Source: an uncultured Pseudomonadales bacterium
GTDB taxonomy: Bacteria > Patescibacteriota > Microgenomatia > UBA1400 > PJMF01
Assembly: GCA_964447075.1 (NCBI GenBank)
Contig: CAYUQY010000005.1
Coordinates: 1 to 54,001, forward strand
Length of the DNA stretch: 54,001 nt
Direction of reading: 5' to 3'
In this document: one piece after another, positions 24,275 to 34,279 of the stretch
Layout of the letters: the number at the start of each line of letters is the position of its first letter
Position numbering within the stretch: the first letter of the stretch is position 1
Position numbers and translations under genes: made by a program
The notes under the pieces: generated by a model
What the model saw: only the letters and a program-made list of their open reading frames with translations
Told to the model about the DNA's origin: nothing
Databases searched by the model: none

Positions 24275-25732
24275 ATGAGTAGATTTGCCACATTTCTGAA
24301 ACATAAAAAGCCATCTTTCAAGTTTAGCTTTCCTTTAAAAACAACGAAACACTTTCATGGTAAACGAAAGATGCTTTTTAAATCTCTGTCTGCAGTAGTG
24401 TTACTATTGATCCTCGTGGTTGGCGGAGGTTCAGTACAGTATCAGATTGTTCAAGGTTCAGGTTCTAATGGGACCACCTCTCCTGAAAGTTCTGGAAGTA
24501 GTGCCAGCAAAACCTCTCGTGAACCTGTTACCTATTCTTCTTCAGTTGAAGTAATTACTCAAGAATCTTCTTTAAGCGAGCTCGGACTTGAAAGTAGTTC
24601 GTATGCTGGGGAAGTAGTTTCAAAAATGGATAGTAATGTGTACCCTGCCCGGGAAGGCATTATTATAAGTTTGACAGTCAATATTGGTACTCTAGTACGT
24701 CAAGGACAAGTGATTGGCCAGCTCTCTGTCTCCCCTCAGTTTGATCAAATCGCAACTACTGCCGAAAAAAAAGGTGAACTAGAAAATACCCGCGGAAAGC
24801 TTGATGCAATTAATGCTCAACTCAGTGATGTTCAAAATAGACTAAATAATAGGAAATCATCTGCTGATGCCGCTAAGAATGCCAAGGTTAACAATGCAAA
24901 TAATGAATTTAATACTGGAGCAATTACTGTTCAGGAAAAAGAAGAACGCATTAAAGAAGCAGAGTCTGAGTATGCTGAAGTCGTAACCAGTGCTGATAAT
25001 GAGATCTCTTCTCTCTCCAGAGAAAAACGTGAAGCTGAAAAAGAAGTCCAGAGTGCTGAATCTGTTTCAACTGCAGTAATAAAGGGCGTAGATAAAAACA
25101 TCTATGCCACTCGTGGTGGGATAATTTCTGGCATTTTTAAAAATGTTGGTGATTCTGTTGGGCCACAAGATAAAATAGCTGCCATTGGCATAAAAACACC
25201 GACCAAAAAAGATCGTTGTGTACGCTTCAGAATTCCTGGTACTCAAACATTGCCTAAAGTTGATGATATTGTCACCATTTCTCGACCAGGAATGCCTTTG
25301 GCTAAAGAGAAAGCAAAGATTACTGGTGTAGGGACTGCTTTAGATGATAATGGGCACTATGTCGTTGAAGCATTCTTTGAGAAGATTGTCGACTGGCCCG
25401 TTCATAGCTCTGCTCGTGTGCAACTAGATAACCAATTCACTACTCAAATATTTATTCCTCTTTCTGCTGTATGGTTTGATAACGAAGGCATAACGAGTGT
25501 CTGGATTGCTGATAATCAAAATAAAATTACCGCCTATAACGTTAAAACTGGTAGAGCAGTGTCTGACAGGATTGAAATCCTCGAAGGCTTAAGAAAAGAT
25601 GATAAAGTTGTTTTGCGACCTCAGTCTTCTTTTCGCAATGGTGACTTTATTAAAGAAACTGAAGTTAATACTCAACGAAACGCACCTCCTGCAGCAGAAA
25701 GTGCGGGAGACGGTCATGCTCACGAACACTAA
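24275..25732 (+). CDS. RND efflux membrane fusion protein (CusB/CzcB-like)
   Basis: TM anchor, lipoyl-like VYPAREGII...GTLVRQGQVIG, long coiled coil, IPLSAV, VKTG...IEILEGL; His tail GHAHEH. Confidence 0.9.
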   Translation: MSRFATFLKHKKPSFKFSFPLKTTKHFHGKRKMLFKSLSAVVLLLILVVGGGSVQYQIVQGSGSNGTTSPESSGSSASKTSREPVTYSSSVEVITQESSLSELGLESSSYAGEVVSKMDSNVYPAREGIIISLTVNIGTLVRQGQVIGQLSVSPQFDQIATTAEKKGELENTRGKLDAINAQLSDVQNRLNNRKSSADAAKNAKVNNANNEFNTGAITVQEKEERIKEAESEYAEVVTSADNEISSLSREKREAEKEVQSAESVSTAVIKGVDKNIYATRGGIISGIFKNVGDSVGPQDKIAAIGIKTPTKKDRCVRFRIPGTQTLPKVDDIVTISRPGMPLAKEKAKITGVGTALDDNGHYVVEAFFEKIVDWPVHSSARVQLDNQFTTQIFIPLSAVWFDNEGITSVWIADNQNKITAYNVKTGRAVSDRIEILEGLRKDDKVVLRPQSSFRNGDFIKETEVNTQRNAPPAAESAGDGHAHEH

Positions 25733-25787
25733 AGTATTTTTTTTAAAATACTGTGAAGTAAGTAGTATTTATTAAGGAGAGGTCAAA

Positions 25788-26099
25788 ATGAAAAAAAACA
25801 TCCTGATGATTGTAGGAGTCATATTTTTATCTGTATTTCTCTCCGCATGCTCAAATCAAAAACCGGCTACTCCGCAAACAACTCCAACAGCCCAAAAGCA
25901 TGAAGATGGTACAACACATTCTGAAGGTGACTCTCATCAAGATGAGAGTAAGCCTCATGTCGATGCAACTCCTCATGCTAGCCCACAAGCTTCAAGTAGT
26001 CCCGCAACAGATGCAAAAGATGATTCTGGGCGAAAGCCAGCTTCTGTTGGAGATCATAAAGATGAAGTTCCTCATGGTGAGAATGAACCGCACAACTAG
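25788..26099 (+). CDS. His/Asp-rich lipoprotein
   Basis: Lipobox LSAC; low-complexity body with HEDG, HSEGDSH, PHVD, HKDEVPH. Confidence 0.8.
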   Translation: MKKNILMIVGVIFLSVFLSACSNQKPATPQTTPTAQKHEDGTTHSEGDSHQDESKPHVDATPHASPQASSSPATDAKDDSGRKPASVGDHKDEVPHGENEPHN

Positions 26100-26131
26100 A
26101 AGTAATTAATTTTACCTATACCTGTAGCTTT

Positions 26132-29100
26132 ATGCTGAATACTATTATCAGATTCTCTCTTGTCTACCGTTGGCTCGTCTTTGGATTAACTGGTGTGATT
26201 GTTGTAGTGGGCATGTGGAGTCTCATGACCATGAAAGTTGATGTTCTTCCGGACATCAATAAACCTACTGTTTCAGTTTTCACTGAAGGCGAAGGAATGG
26301 CTGCGGAAGAAGTAGAACAACTTATATTAGGTCAGGTGGAAGCAGCGGTAGCAGGCGCTCCTGGAGTAACACGTGTACGGAGTACTGCTTCGTTCGGATT
26401 AGCAATTGTAAATGCTGAGTTTGAATGGGGTACTGATATATATAGAAATCGACAAATTATTCAGGAACGTTTAGCTAATTTGAATCTACCAGGTGATGCC
26501 AGACCCGTCTTGGGTCCAGTTTCTTCAATCATGGGAGAAATTATGTGGGTAGGAATTACTGATGATACTCTCAAGACTAGCCCGATGGAGTTGCGTAGCT
26601 TGGCTGATTGGACGATTCGACCCGCCTTACTACGAGTAGAAGGCATTTCAGACGTTATTATCATGGGTGGAGACGTAAAAGAATGGCAAGTAAATCTTAA
26701 TGCTGAGCTTATGAGGAAGCAAGGAATCGGCTCTGAAGATGTTGTAGCAGCTGTAGAAGGTGCTTTAAGTAATAAAAGCGGTGGCCTATTGGTTCAAGGA
26801 AGTAAAGAATATCCTATTCGAATCATGGCACAGCCTTCTCAAGTGTCTGATCTAGAAAATATCACCCTTGAAACTAAGTCTGGAGACACTCTTAGGCTAG
26901 TTGATATTGCCCAATTAGTAGAGAGGCCAAGTTTAGTACGAGGAGCTGCGAGTGTAGATGGAAAACCAGGAGTAGTCCTCAGAATAGCCAAACAACCTGA
27001 TGCTGAGACTCTAATAGTAACGCAAAGCGTCGATGATGTCTTAAAAAATTTAGAGAAAAGTTTGCCACCAGGTGTAAAACTTCAGAATGATCTTTTCCGA
27101 CAAGAATGGTTTATTAATCAAGGTTTGAAGAACGTAATTGAGGGATTACGCGACGGAACTATCTTTGTGGTAATTGTGTTTATTTTATTTATCATGAACA
27201 TGAGAGTAACCTTTATTACTCTCACAGCCATTCCGCTTAGTATATTAGTAACTGCCATCGTCTTTCGCTTCTTTGAGTTCTCAGTTAATGTGATGACTTT
27301 AGGAGGGATTGCGGTTGCTATTGGCGAGCTTGTTGATGATGCCATTGTGGACGTGGAAAATGTGTTTGAACGCTTAAAAGAGTGGCGTGCGAATGGCATG
27401 AAGAAAGACCCACTAGAAGTAGTGTTTGAAGCTTCAAGTGAAGTGAGAAACTCGATTGTCTATTCAACTATTTTAGTGGCAATTGTCTTCTTACCTCTTT
27501 TCTTTTTACCTGGGGTCGAAGGAAGGTTAATTGCTTCTTTAGGCGCTGCCTACTTAATTTCACTTTTAGCATCTTTGCTTATTTCACTCACAGTCACCCC
27601 CGCTCTCTCTTTAGTCCTGCTTGCTGGTAAATCAAATAAATCTAAAAAAAATGATGATTATGCTGATAAGAAAGAAGCTGATACTAAAGTCGTAGCATTC
27701 TTAAAAAAACGGTTTACCCCAATGGTGCTGTGGGGGATTAACCACTCAACTACTCTAATTGGTACTACTTTAATAGCTGTCATTATTTCAGTGGTGATGT
27801 TAGCTATGGCAGGAAAAGAAGGTATTCCCCCATTTAATGAAGGATCTGCCACTATTTCAGTCATTTTACCAGTAGGAACAGATCTAGATACTTCAAATCG
27901 GTTTGCTACTCGAGTAGAAAATGATATTAAAAAAATTGATGGTGTTATCCGAGTAAGTCATCTTACAGGCAGGGCTAGCGCTGATCCTCATGATTCTGGG
28001 GCAAACTCAAGCGAGATTCAAGTTACCTTTGAACCTGGAAGAGAAAAAGAGACTGAGAAATTCTTTGAAAAAATTCAAAAGGTTTTAGAAACTTACCCGA
28101 GCGCAGATTTTTCTTTAGGACAGCCAATCACTCATAGAGTTGAGGAACTTCTCTCTGGTGTCAGAGCACCGATTGTGGTCAAAGTCTTTGGAGATAACCT
28201 TCAAGATCTACGGGACACTGCAGAAATGGTACGTGCTGAGTTTGCTAAAAATCCTGAGGTAAAAAATCCTCAACTGCAAAAAGAAGTGCTCGTTCCTGAG
28301 TTCAGGATATATATAAACCACCAAGAATTAGCAAATTACAATGTCTCAGCTTCACATCTTGGTGAAGAACTAGAAAATGGTTTATTAGGTGCAACAGCTG
28401 GGCAAGTACAGATCGGTGCTGCCAGAACAGACGTAGTGGTACGTTACGATGCAATCTCTAGAGGCAACTCGTACGCATTGAGAGATCTCACCTTACCATT
28501 TGAAGGACTTAATTCACTCTCTGGAGGTGCTACAGATATTCGTCTGGAAGGTGGTAGGAATAAATTCAGTCATGAGGGCGGTAAAAGAACGCTCACGGTT
28601 TCAGCTAATTATCAGGGATCTGACATTGTGGGTGCGGTTGAACAAGTTAAAACATCTCTAGAACAAAAGCAATTACCCATAGGGACTACTCTCTCTTATG
28701 AGGGTACGTATAAAAGTTCAAAAGAAAATACCCAACGCCTCGCAGTCATGTTTATTATCGGTATTATTTCCATATTTGTGGTTTTAAACAGAGCCTTCAA
28801 CTCTTCACGAATAGCACTTCTCATCATGGTCAATATTCCTTTGGTGGCTATTGGTGGTGTTGTAGCTGTCTACTTGACCGGAAGAATTGTTAATCTGGCA
28901 CATCTCGTAGGTTTTATCTCACTGGCAGGAGTTGTTTCGAGAAATGGGATCATGCTGGTTAGTCACTGCATCCAACTCATAAGAAAAGAGGGAAAACCTT
29001 TTTCTAAGGAAACAATAGTGGAAGCTACTGAAGATAGATTAGTCCCAATACTGATGACTGCTATAGTTGCTGCTTTAGGCCTTATTCCACTGATTATTAC

Positions 29101-29326
29101 TGGTAAAGAGCCGGGTAAAGAACTTTTATACCCTTTGGCAAATATCGTATTTGGTGGTGTGATGTCTTCAACTTTAATTTCTCTTTTCTTAACTCCAGCA
29201 TTATTTTATAGATTTGGAAAAGGGTACTTTAGTTCAAATGACGATTCCTCGATTTTTTCAAAGTCTAGAGAATCAACAAAGCACGCCTTAGAACGAATAA
29301 AGGCACGGTTTAAAAGACCTAAGTGA
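26132..29326 (+). CDS. CusA/CzcA-family heavy-metal RND permease
   Basis: 1064 aa; VDVLPDIN, NVMTLGGIAVAIGELVDDAIVDVEN, LFFLPGVEGRL, RNGIMLV, RLVPILMTA. Confidence 0.95.
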   Translation: MLNTIIRFSLVYRWLVFGLTGVIVVVGMWSLMTMKVDVLPDINKPTVSVFTEGEGMAAEEVEQLILGQVEAAVAGAPGVTRVRSTASFGLAIVNAEFEWGTDIYRNRQIIQERLANLNLPGDARPVLGPVSSIMGEIMWVGITDDTLKTSPMELRSLADWTIRPALLRVEGISDVIIMGGDVKEWQVNLNAELMRKQGIGSEDVVAAVEGALSNKSGGLLVQGSKEYPIRIMAQPSQVSDLENITLETKSGDTLRLVDIAQLVERPSLVRGAASVDGKPGVVLRIAKQPDAETLIVTQSVDDVLKNLEKSLPPGVKLQNDLFRQEWFINQGLKNVIEGLRDGTIFVVIVFILFIMNMRVTFITLTAIPLSILVTAIVFRFFEFSVNVMTLGGIAVAIGELVDDAIVDVENVFERLKEWRANGMKKDPLEVVFEASSEVRNSIVYSTILVAIVFLPLFFLPGVEGRLIASLGAAYLISLLASLLISLTVTPALSLVLLAGKSNKSKKNDDYADKKEADTKVVAFLKKRFTPMVLWGINHSTTLIGTTLIAVIISVVMLAMAGKEGIPPFNEGSATISVILPVGTDLDTSNRFATRVENDIKKIDGVIRVSHLTGRASADPHDSGANSSEIQVTFEPGREKETEKFFEKIQKVLETYPSADFSLGQPITHRVEELLSGVRAPIVVKVFGDNLQDLRDTAEMVRAEFAKNPEVKNPQLQKEVLVPEFRIYINHQELANYNVSASHLGEELENGLLGATAGQVQIGAARTDVVVRYDAISRGNSYALRDLTLPFEGLNSLSGGATDIRLEGGRNKFSHEGGKRTLTVSANYQGSDIVGAVEQVKTSLEQKQLPIGTTLSYEGTYKSSKENTQRLAVMFIIGIISIFVVLNRAFNSSRIALLIMVNIPLVAIGGVVAVYLTGRIVNLAHLVGFISLAGVVSRNGIMLVSHCIQLIRKEGKPFSKETIVEATEDRLVPILMTAIVAALGLIPLIITGKEPGKELLYPLANIVFGGVMSSTLISLFLTPALFYRFGKGYFSSNDDSSIFSKSRESTKHALERIKARFKRPK

Positions 29327-29569
29327 GAGAGTACCGATATTTAAGAATGGTAAAATAATGGGAGCAGTTCTGAGAATGTATGGAAGCTGAAGAGGTCTGA
29401 CTTTGCGCACTAACCGCTGAGCCTGCAGTAGAAACTCAGAACAGTTTGTGGAGGTAGGATAAATGACAGCGATGCAAATTCAATAAATCCAACAATATGC
29501 AATCGATTCCTATCTGAAGGTGGGCGGGGAAAAAATTAGAAAAAGACTCTATCAGAAAACTAAATAAGT

Positions 29570-30037
29570 ATGACCGCCCAATCTCAACTAACGCATCTAC
29601 GCTACAGTGTCGGGCTAGCCATAATAATTAGCTTGGCTGTACCAATTATCATAGTAGTGCCCATCTCCAAACTAATCTTACTATCTCAAGTCTCCGTAGC
29701 TAATCCTTACTTATATCTACTATCCTTCAGCCAATTTATTCTTACTTGTTTCTACTCTCTCATCGCTCTGATAAGGCTATTTGTCACCACTTTTCGCCTT
29801 AGAATTAGTAATATGTCTAGTCGGGAAATGGCAAAACACAGTCAACCACACATGGTGTTCAAGCAATCGCTACTACAACTCAGTCCACTCATCTTGATGC
29901 AGTTATTCGAGCTTAGTCTTGGCATCAATTTTAATAAAATCATGGCCAATTTTGGTTTGGACTTTTTTTATATTCTGATCGCCTATTTCCACAATTACCA
30001 GATCAAGTATTATCAAAAAGTGGGTGTATATAAGTAG
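29570..30037 (+). CDS. Hydrophobic hypothetical protein
   Basis: 155-aa ORF with several hydrophobic segments; no family recognised. Confidence 0.4.
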   Translation: MTAQSQLTHLRYSVGLAIIISLAVPIIIVVPISKLILLSQVSVANPYLYLLSFSQFILTCFYSLIALIRLFVTTFRLRISNMSSREMAKHSQPHMVFKQSLLQLSPLILMQLFELSLGINFNKIMANFGLDFFYILIAYFHNYQIKYYQKVGVYK

Positions 30038-30060
30038 GAAATATAAGTATGTGCCTTTAA

Positions 30061-30206
30061 CAGACCTTTGCGGAAATTAGCTCGATGATTTACTATTACA
30101 ACCACAAGAGGATTCATACTGCTCTCAAAATGCGGCCAGTCGCTTACAGGGAGAAGTTAATTAACAGACCGAAAAGACAGATTGTTTAAAAAACGGGCAC
30201 CTTGCC
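30061..30206 (+). mobile_element. IS3-family transposase C-terminal remnant with right end
   Basis: QTFAEISSMIYYYNHKRIHTALKMRPVAYREKLINRPKRQIV*; the last 47 nt are 43/47 identical to the reverse complement of 21030-21076. Confidence 0.88.
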
Positions 30207-30235
30207 TAGACTTATTTAGAGATTAAAGTAAATCA

Positions 30236-31009
30236 TCACGGCAACTTCACAAATGGTGTCGTGCCTGTCATGTATTGAGGTAGCTTGCCGTCCCACTTCT
30301 CGATAGCGCGTAGCTCGATCACGGCAGGGTTAGCTCGCAGAGCATCACCTTCTATCCGTTGGGCCTCGGCTTTTCCCTTAGCATTGGCAATATCCTGTTC
30401 AGCTTCGTACTTAACTTGCTCGAGCTTGTTCCTAGCCGCCAGCGCTTGCTGTTCGGCAGTAACTTTTTCTTCGATGGCATGATTGAATGACTCTGAAAAA
30501 TTGAAGTCTACAATGTTTAGACCTGTGACTCGAATTCCGAAGCTCCCCAATCTATCTCGAAGTTCATTTAAGATCTGATCAGAGACATCGCGTCTGTGAG
30601 TAACCAATTCTTCTGCAGTAAAACGGGCCGTAGCAGACTTGACAGACTCTTGAATCACAGGACTGATTAGTCTTTCTCTATACTCCTCACCCACTCCTTG
30701 GTAAAGAGAAATTACCTTGTCTGGCTCAAGAGCATAGTTGACCACTATTCTCGAGCTGACTGACTGTAAGTCTTTACTAGCCGCACTAGACTCTACCTCA
30801 TCTTTTTGAACTCTAATTTCGATATTTTTGATGCCATCTATAAGAGGCAGACGTAAGTGTAGGCCTTCATTTTTGACTTCGCCAGTCACGCCACCCAGAC
30901 GCAAAACTATACCGCGATAACCCACTGGCACGAATACGAACGGATTGAGAACTAAAACACCGACAAGCACTAAAATGATGATGGAGACTACTTTAGCGGG
31001 TGTAGACAT
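30236..31009 (-). CDS. SPFH/prohibitin-family protein
   Basis: VPVGYRGIVLRLG, SAASKDLQ, ATARFTAEELV, FNHAIEEKV, IEKWDGKLP. Confidence 0.93.
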   Translation of the reverse strand: MSTPAKVVSIIILVLVGVLVLNPFVFVPVGYRGIVLRLGGVTGEVKNEGLHLRLPLIDGIKNIEIRVQKDEVESSAASKDLQSVSSRIVVNYALEPDKVISLYQGVGEEYRERLISPVIQESVKSATARFTAEELVTHRRDVSDQILNELRDRLGSFGIRVTGLNIVDFNFSESFNHAIEEKVTAEQQALAARNKLEQVKYEAEQDIANAKGKAEAQRIEGDALRANPAVIELRAIEKWDGKLPQYMTGTTPFVKLP

Positions 31010-31097
31010 CTTGGCTCACTTTCGGGCAGATTTTAACCTATATTATGATCAATAGCGATCATAACATGTCAGTCTAGTTAAGATGGATATGGAATCA

Positions 31098-31646
31098 CTA
31101 CTCTAATAAATTCTCTTTTTGATACAAAAACACGTCATTTTCCTGGTTCTTATGTCGCCAATTGGGAAAGGTGAAGTGGTTGGACACTACTCTAGTCCCA
31201 GGCTTTAGCTCAGCTTGCAGCTTCCTCTCCAGCCTCTCCATTATGTAAGAAGTCGCATAGAGAAAAATTAGATCATACTTAGAGTAATCGACCTTCCAAA
31301 AACTTTGACGGATAAAAGTAGCGCGGTTTTTCAATCCCAAACGACTCGCCGCTTGCCGCGATTTTCTCACCAACCACGGATTTATTTCCACACCTACAGC
31401 AGAAAATCCATGATTAGCTAAGGCTAGAACGATCTTGCCATCTCCCGAACCTAAGTCTAAAATTCGAGACTTTCGCGTAGGTTTTCCCAACTTTATCATG
31501 GTAGCTAATTTAGCATCAGAGCTAGGCACAAATACGGGGTCATGCAAAAAAGGCACGGAAAATAAAACTTTCTTTCCCAGAAAGATTAGAACCTTAGCCA
31601 AAGAAAAACCTAAAAAAATAGCCACTAAATATACTAGTAGACTCAT
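31098..31646 (-). CDS. SAM-dependent methyltransferase
   Basis: PVFVPS, ILDLGSGDGKIV, GVEINPWL, LKPGTRVVSNHF. Confidence 0.92.
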   Translation of the reverse strand: MSLLVYLVAIFLGFSLAKVLIFLGKKVLFSVPFLHDPVFVPSSDAKLATMIKLGKPTRKSRILDLGSGDGKIVLALANHGFSAVGVEINPWLVRKSRQAASRLGLKNRATFIRQSFWKVDYSKYDLIFLYATSYIMERLERKLQAELKPGTRVVSNHFTFPNWRHKNQENDVFLYQKENLLE

Positions 31647-31847
31647 TGCTCATCCTAAAAGCTAGCTGCCCTAAATTGGGATATTTTACTCACCACCAAC
31701 CTATCAGGTTTAAAAAGATTATGCTAGGTTGGTGCCCAAAGTACTTTCAGTTTCAACTTTTCAGTTATGAAACATTTAAACCATTAGGTATAATGCACCT
31801 TCCTCAAGTTACCCAAAACAGCCTTGAAGATTAGTGAAAGTACCCTC

Positions 31848-33308
31848 ATGGAAATTATTCTCCGCTTCGACAAAGTCTCATTTGAGTTCGCCCACGACAA
31901 GCAGATTCTCGAAGAGGCTAGCTTCTCTGTCCGCAGCGGCATGAAGGTAGCTCTCATGGGCCAAAATGGCGCTGGCAAGAGCACAATCTTCAATCTGATG
32001 ACTGGCACCCTTGAGCCGACTTCCGGCCAGATCTCTGTCGATCGAAAGCAAACTGTTGCCACAGCCTACCAAGTTCTCTCCCCACAAGACATGGGACTCA
32101 CGGTTCTCGAATTTTTTCACAAGTTCTTTCCTCAGGAAATCAACGAACTGAAGAGAAAAACAGCATCGGTTCTAGATGCCGTTAATCTACAACTGCTAGA
32201 TATTGACAGTAAATTAGTCAGCTCTTGCTCAGGTGGTCAGCAGGCTCGCTTGCTTTTGGCGGCTGCCCTTATCCAGGAACCTGACTTACTCCTGCTTGAT
32301 GAGCCAACTAATAATCTAGACTCTGCTGGGATTGCTCACCTCACAAACTTTCTGATTAACTACTCCAAAAGTGTTATCGTCATCTCTCATGATGCCCAGT
32401 TCCTTAACGCCTTTACCCAAGGAGTACTTTACCTTGATAGCTATACTAGAAAAATAGAACAGTATGTTGGCAACTACCACGATGTCTTGTCAGAGATAAT
32501 GATACGCATCGAGAAAGAAAATAGAGTCAATGCTCTCAAAGCTAAGGTCATACAAGAAAACAAAGAAAAAGCAAATTTTTTCGCTCATAAGGGTGGCAAA
32601 ATGCGCAACGTAGCCAAGAAAATGCGCGAGAAAATAGAGGTCCTGGAAAGTGAAAAAGTAGAGGTGCGTAAAGAAGACAGAACCATTCGCTCTTTTGAAA
32701 TCACAGCTCAACAAAATGCTCCAGGTAACTCTTTAAAACTCACATCAGTAACTGTCATGATCGATCACAAACAAGTCACCAAGCCAGTCGACATCTCCAT
32801 TTTTAAAAATCGACATCTACAAGTTACGGGCCGCAACGGTATTGGCAAAAGTACTCTGATCAACGCTATGGCCACAGGAACTCATCCTGGACTTCATCTG
32901 CCACCCACTCTGAGAGTAGGCTACTATCGCCAAGACTTCTCCAATCTCGACTTTAATGAAACTGTGCGCACGACTTTAGAGAAAGCCATGACCTTAGCCA
33001 ATGATAATAGAAATGAAGAAGTTATGCGCTCAGTAGCATCGGGATTTTTACTTCACAAAGATGAGATAAAGGCTACCATTGGCAGCTTATCTGAAGGTCA
33101 AAAAGGACTAGTCGCCTTTGCACGTTTGGTTCTGCTTAAGCCAGGATTACTCATTTTAGATGAGCCTACTAATCATATTAATTTCCGACATTTACCAATC
33201 ATTGCCTCAGCGCTAAATAAGTATGAGGGAATTATGATTTTAGTCTCACATGTGCCTGACTTTGTGGCTCAAGTTCGCATCGATGATGTCTTGAATCTGG
33301 AGAAGTAG
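31848..33308 (+). CDS. ABC-F family ATPase
   Basis: Two NBDs (GQNGAGKST, SGGQQAR, LLLDEPTN; GRNGIGKST, LSEGQK, LILDEPTN), no TM domain; ATG at 31848. Confidence 0.92.
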   Translation: MEIILRFDKVSFEFAHDKQILEEASFSVRSGMKVALMGQNGAGKSTIFNLMTGTLEPTSGQISVDRKQTVATAYQVLSPQDMGLTVLEFFHKFFPQEINELKRKTASVLDAVNLQLLDIDSKLVSSCSGGQQARLLLAAALIQEPDLLLLDEPTNNLDSAGIAHLTNFLINYSKSVIVISHDAQFLNAFTQGVLYLDSYTRKIEQYVGNYHDVLSEIMIRIEKENRVNALKAKVIQENKEKANFFAHKGGKMRNVAKKMREKIEVLESEKVEVRKEDRTIRSFEITAQQNAPGNSLKLTSVTVMIDHKQVTKPVDISIFKNRHLQVTGRNGIGKSTLINAMATGTHPGLHLPPTLRVGYYRQDFSNLDFNETVRTTLEKAMTLANDNRNEEVMRSVASGFLLHKDEIKATIGSLSEGQKGLVAFARLVLLKPGLLILDEPTNHINFRHLPIIASALNKYEGIMILVSHVPDFVAQVRIDDVLNLEK

Positions 33309-33445
33309 GGGTTAGTAGTATCCACCTACAAATATGATGCTGAAATGGAATTATTTCTTAAAAGTGTCGAAAAATCGCTTGGTGAAGTCCTTACCAATAA
33401 TCCCTAAATCTGCTTGGGTCACCGGCCTATTTAGCTCTAACTCAC

Positions 33446-34145
33446 CTACCTCAATTTAATGTATCTCTCACTATGCTTGCCAGATTTCTCATGCGTAATG
33501 CTATCAAAAATCACCTGCCACTGGGGTCTATCGGCAGCAGCAAACTGTGATGGGTAATGATCTACCAAGTATTGATTCCTCCTGGCTCTGTCAACAGGTG
33601 ACAACTCCACCCTATGAGTAACTTCACTAGTTCTCTTACTTGTCCACAAGTATAATTCTGGCCTTTTTTGGAGTGGCTTACGATGGGGCAGGAAATATCG
33701 CACATCAGCGGCAGCCCCTACATACTTGGCCACCTGTCCCGCCACGTTATGATCAGGATGATCGATAAAAGGAGTGTTCTCGTATGGATCAAAAGAAAAA
33801 ATAGCATCAGTATCACTCTTGCTGACTATCGGCATGACTGCTCCAACCAGATCTTTTAATGGAATAGAAGGCAAACCTAAATCGGGAAAGCTCAAAATCG
33901 TCAAGCTAGCCGTCAAACTCTCCATGGCACGCTTGGCCTCCTCTGCGCGAACCTGAGCCATCTCTGGTGGAGTGAGACTCGATCTCTGTGGAATTCCCAA
34001 CTCACCAACGGTCAGAAAAATTATATGGGGGCTAACTCCAGCTTTGACAAAGACACTCCACAGCTCCAAAAAATGGAGCCTCATCGTCCGGGTGGGCCAG
34101 GATAAAAGTGGGATTGTTAAGATGTCTTACAGTTAGTTCTTTCAT
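33446..34145 (-). pseudogene. PIG-L family deacetylase, frameshifted
   Basis: ATG at 34145 with SD AAAGGA gives MKELT...FILAHPDDEAPFF, then stops. The remainder (LTVGELG, FPDLGL, DHPDHNVAG, HYPSQF) is in another frame; an A6/T6 tract at 34068-34073 lies at the shift. Confidence 0.8.
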
Positions 34146-34180
34146 AGATCTTTCCTTTTTATAAAAAATAATATTTTTTT

Positions 34181-34209
34181 AACAAAAAAACCCGCCTCTC
34201 CGGACGGGT
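34181..34209 (-). terminator. Intrinsic terminator in the PIG-L leader
   Basis: Minus strand ACCCGTC-CGGAGA-GGCGGGT followed by TTTTTTGTT, about 40 nt upstream of the PIG-L ATG. Confidence 0.8.
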
Positions 34210-34231
34210 GTTAGACACAGCTGTCCAGAGA

Positions 34232-34279
34232 CTATATTTCTATATTCTGGCAACAACAACTGGTGAGATAAGCGAACAT
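34232..34279 (-). CDS. Putative attenuator leader peptide MFAYLTSCCCQNIEI
   Basis: 15 codons with TGT TGT TGC at 34258-34250; TATAAT lies 6 nt upstream of the ATG; overlaps alternative hairpins. Confidence 0.7.
   Translation of the reverse strand: MFAYLTSCCCQNIEI

Noticed and set aside
29327-29569. Unexplained intergenic stretch with a weak IS-end-like GTACCGATATTTAAG
   Set aside because: The match is too short and degenerate; no convincing ORF or RNA structure was found.
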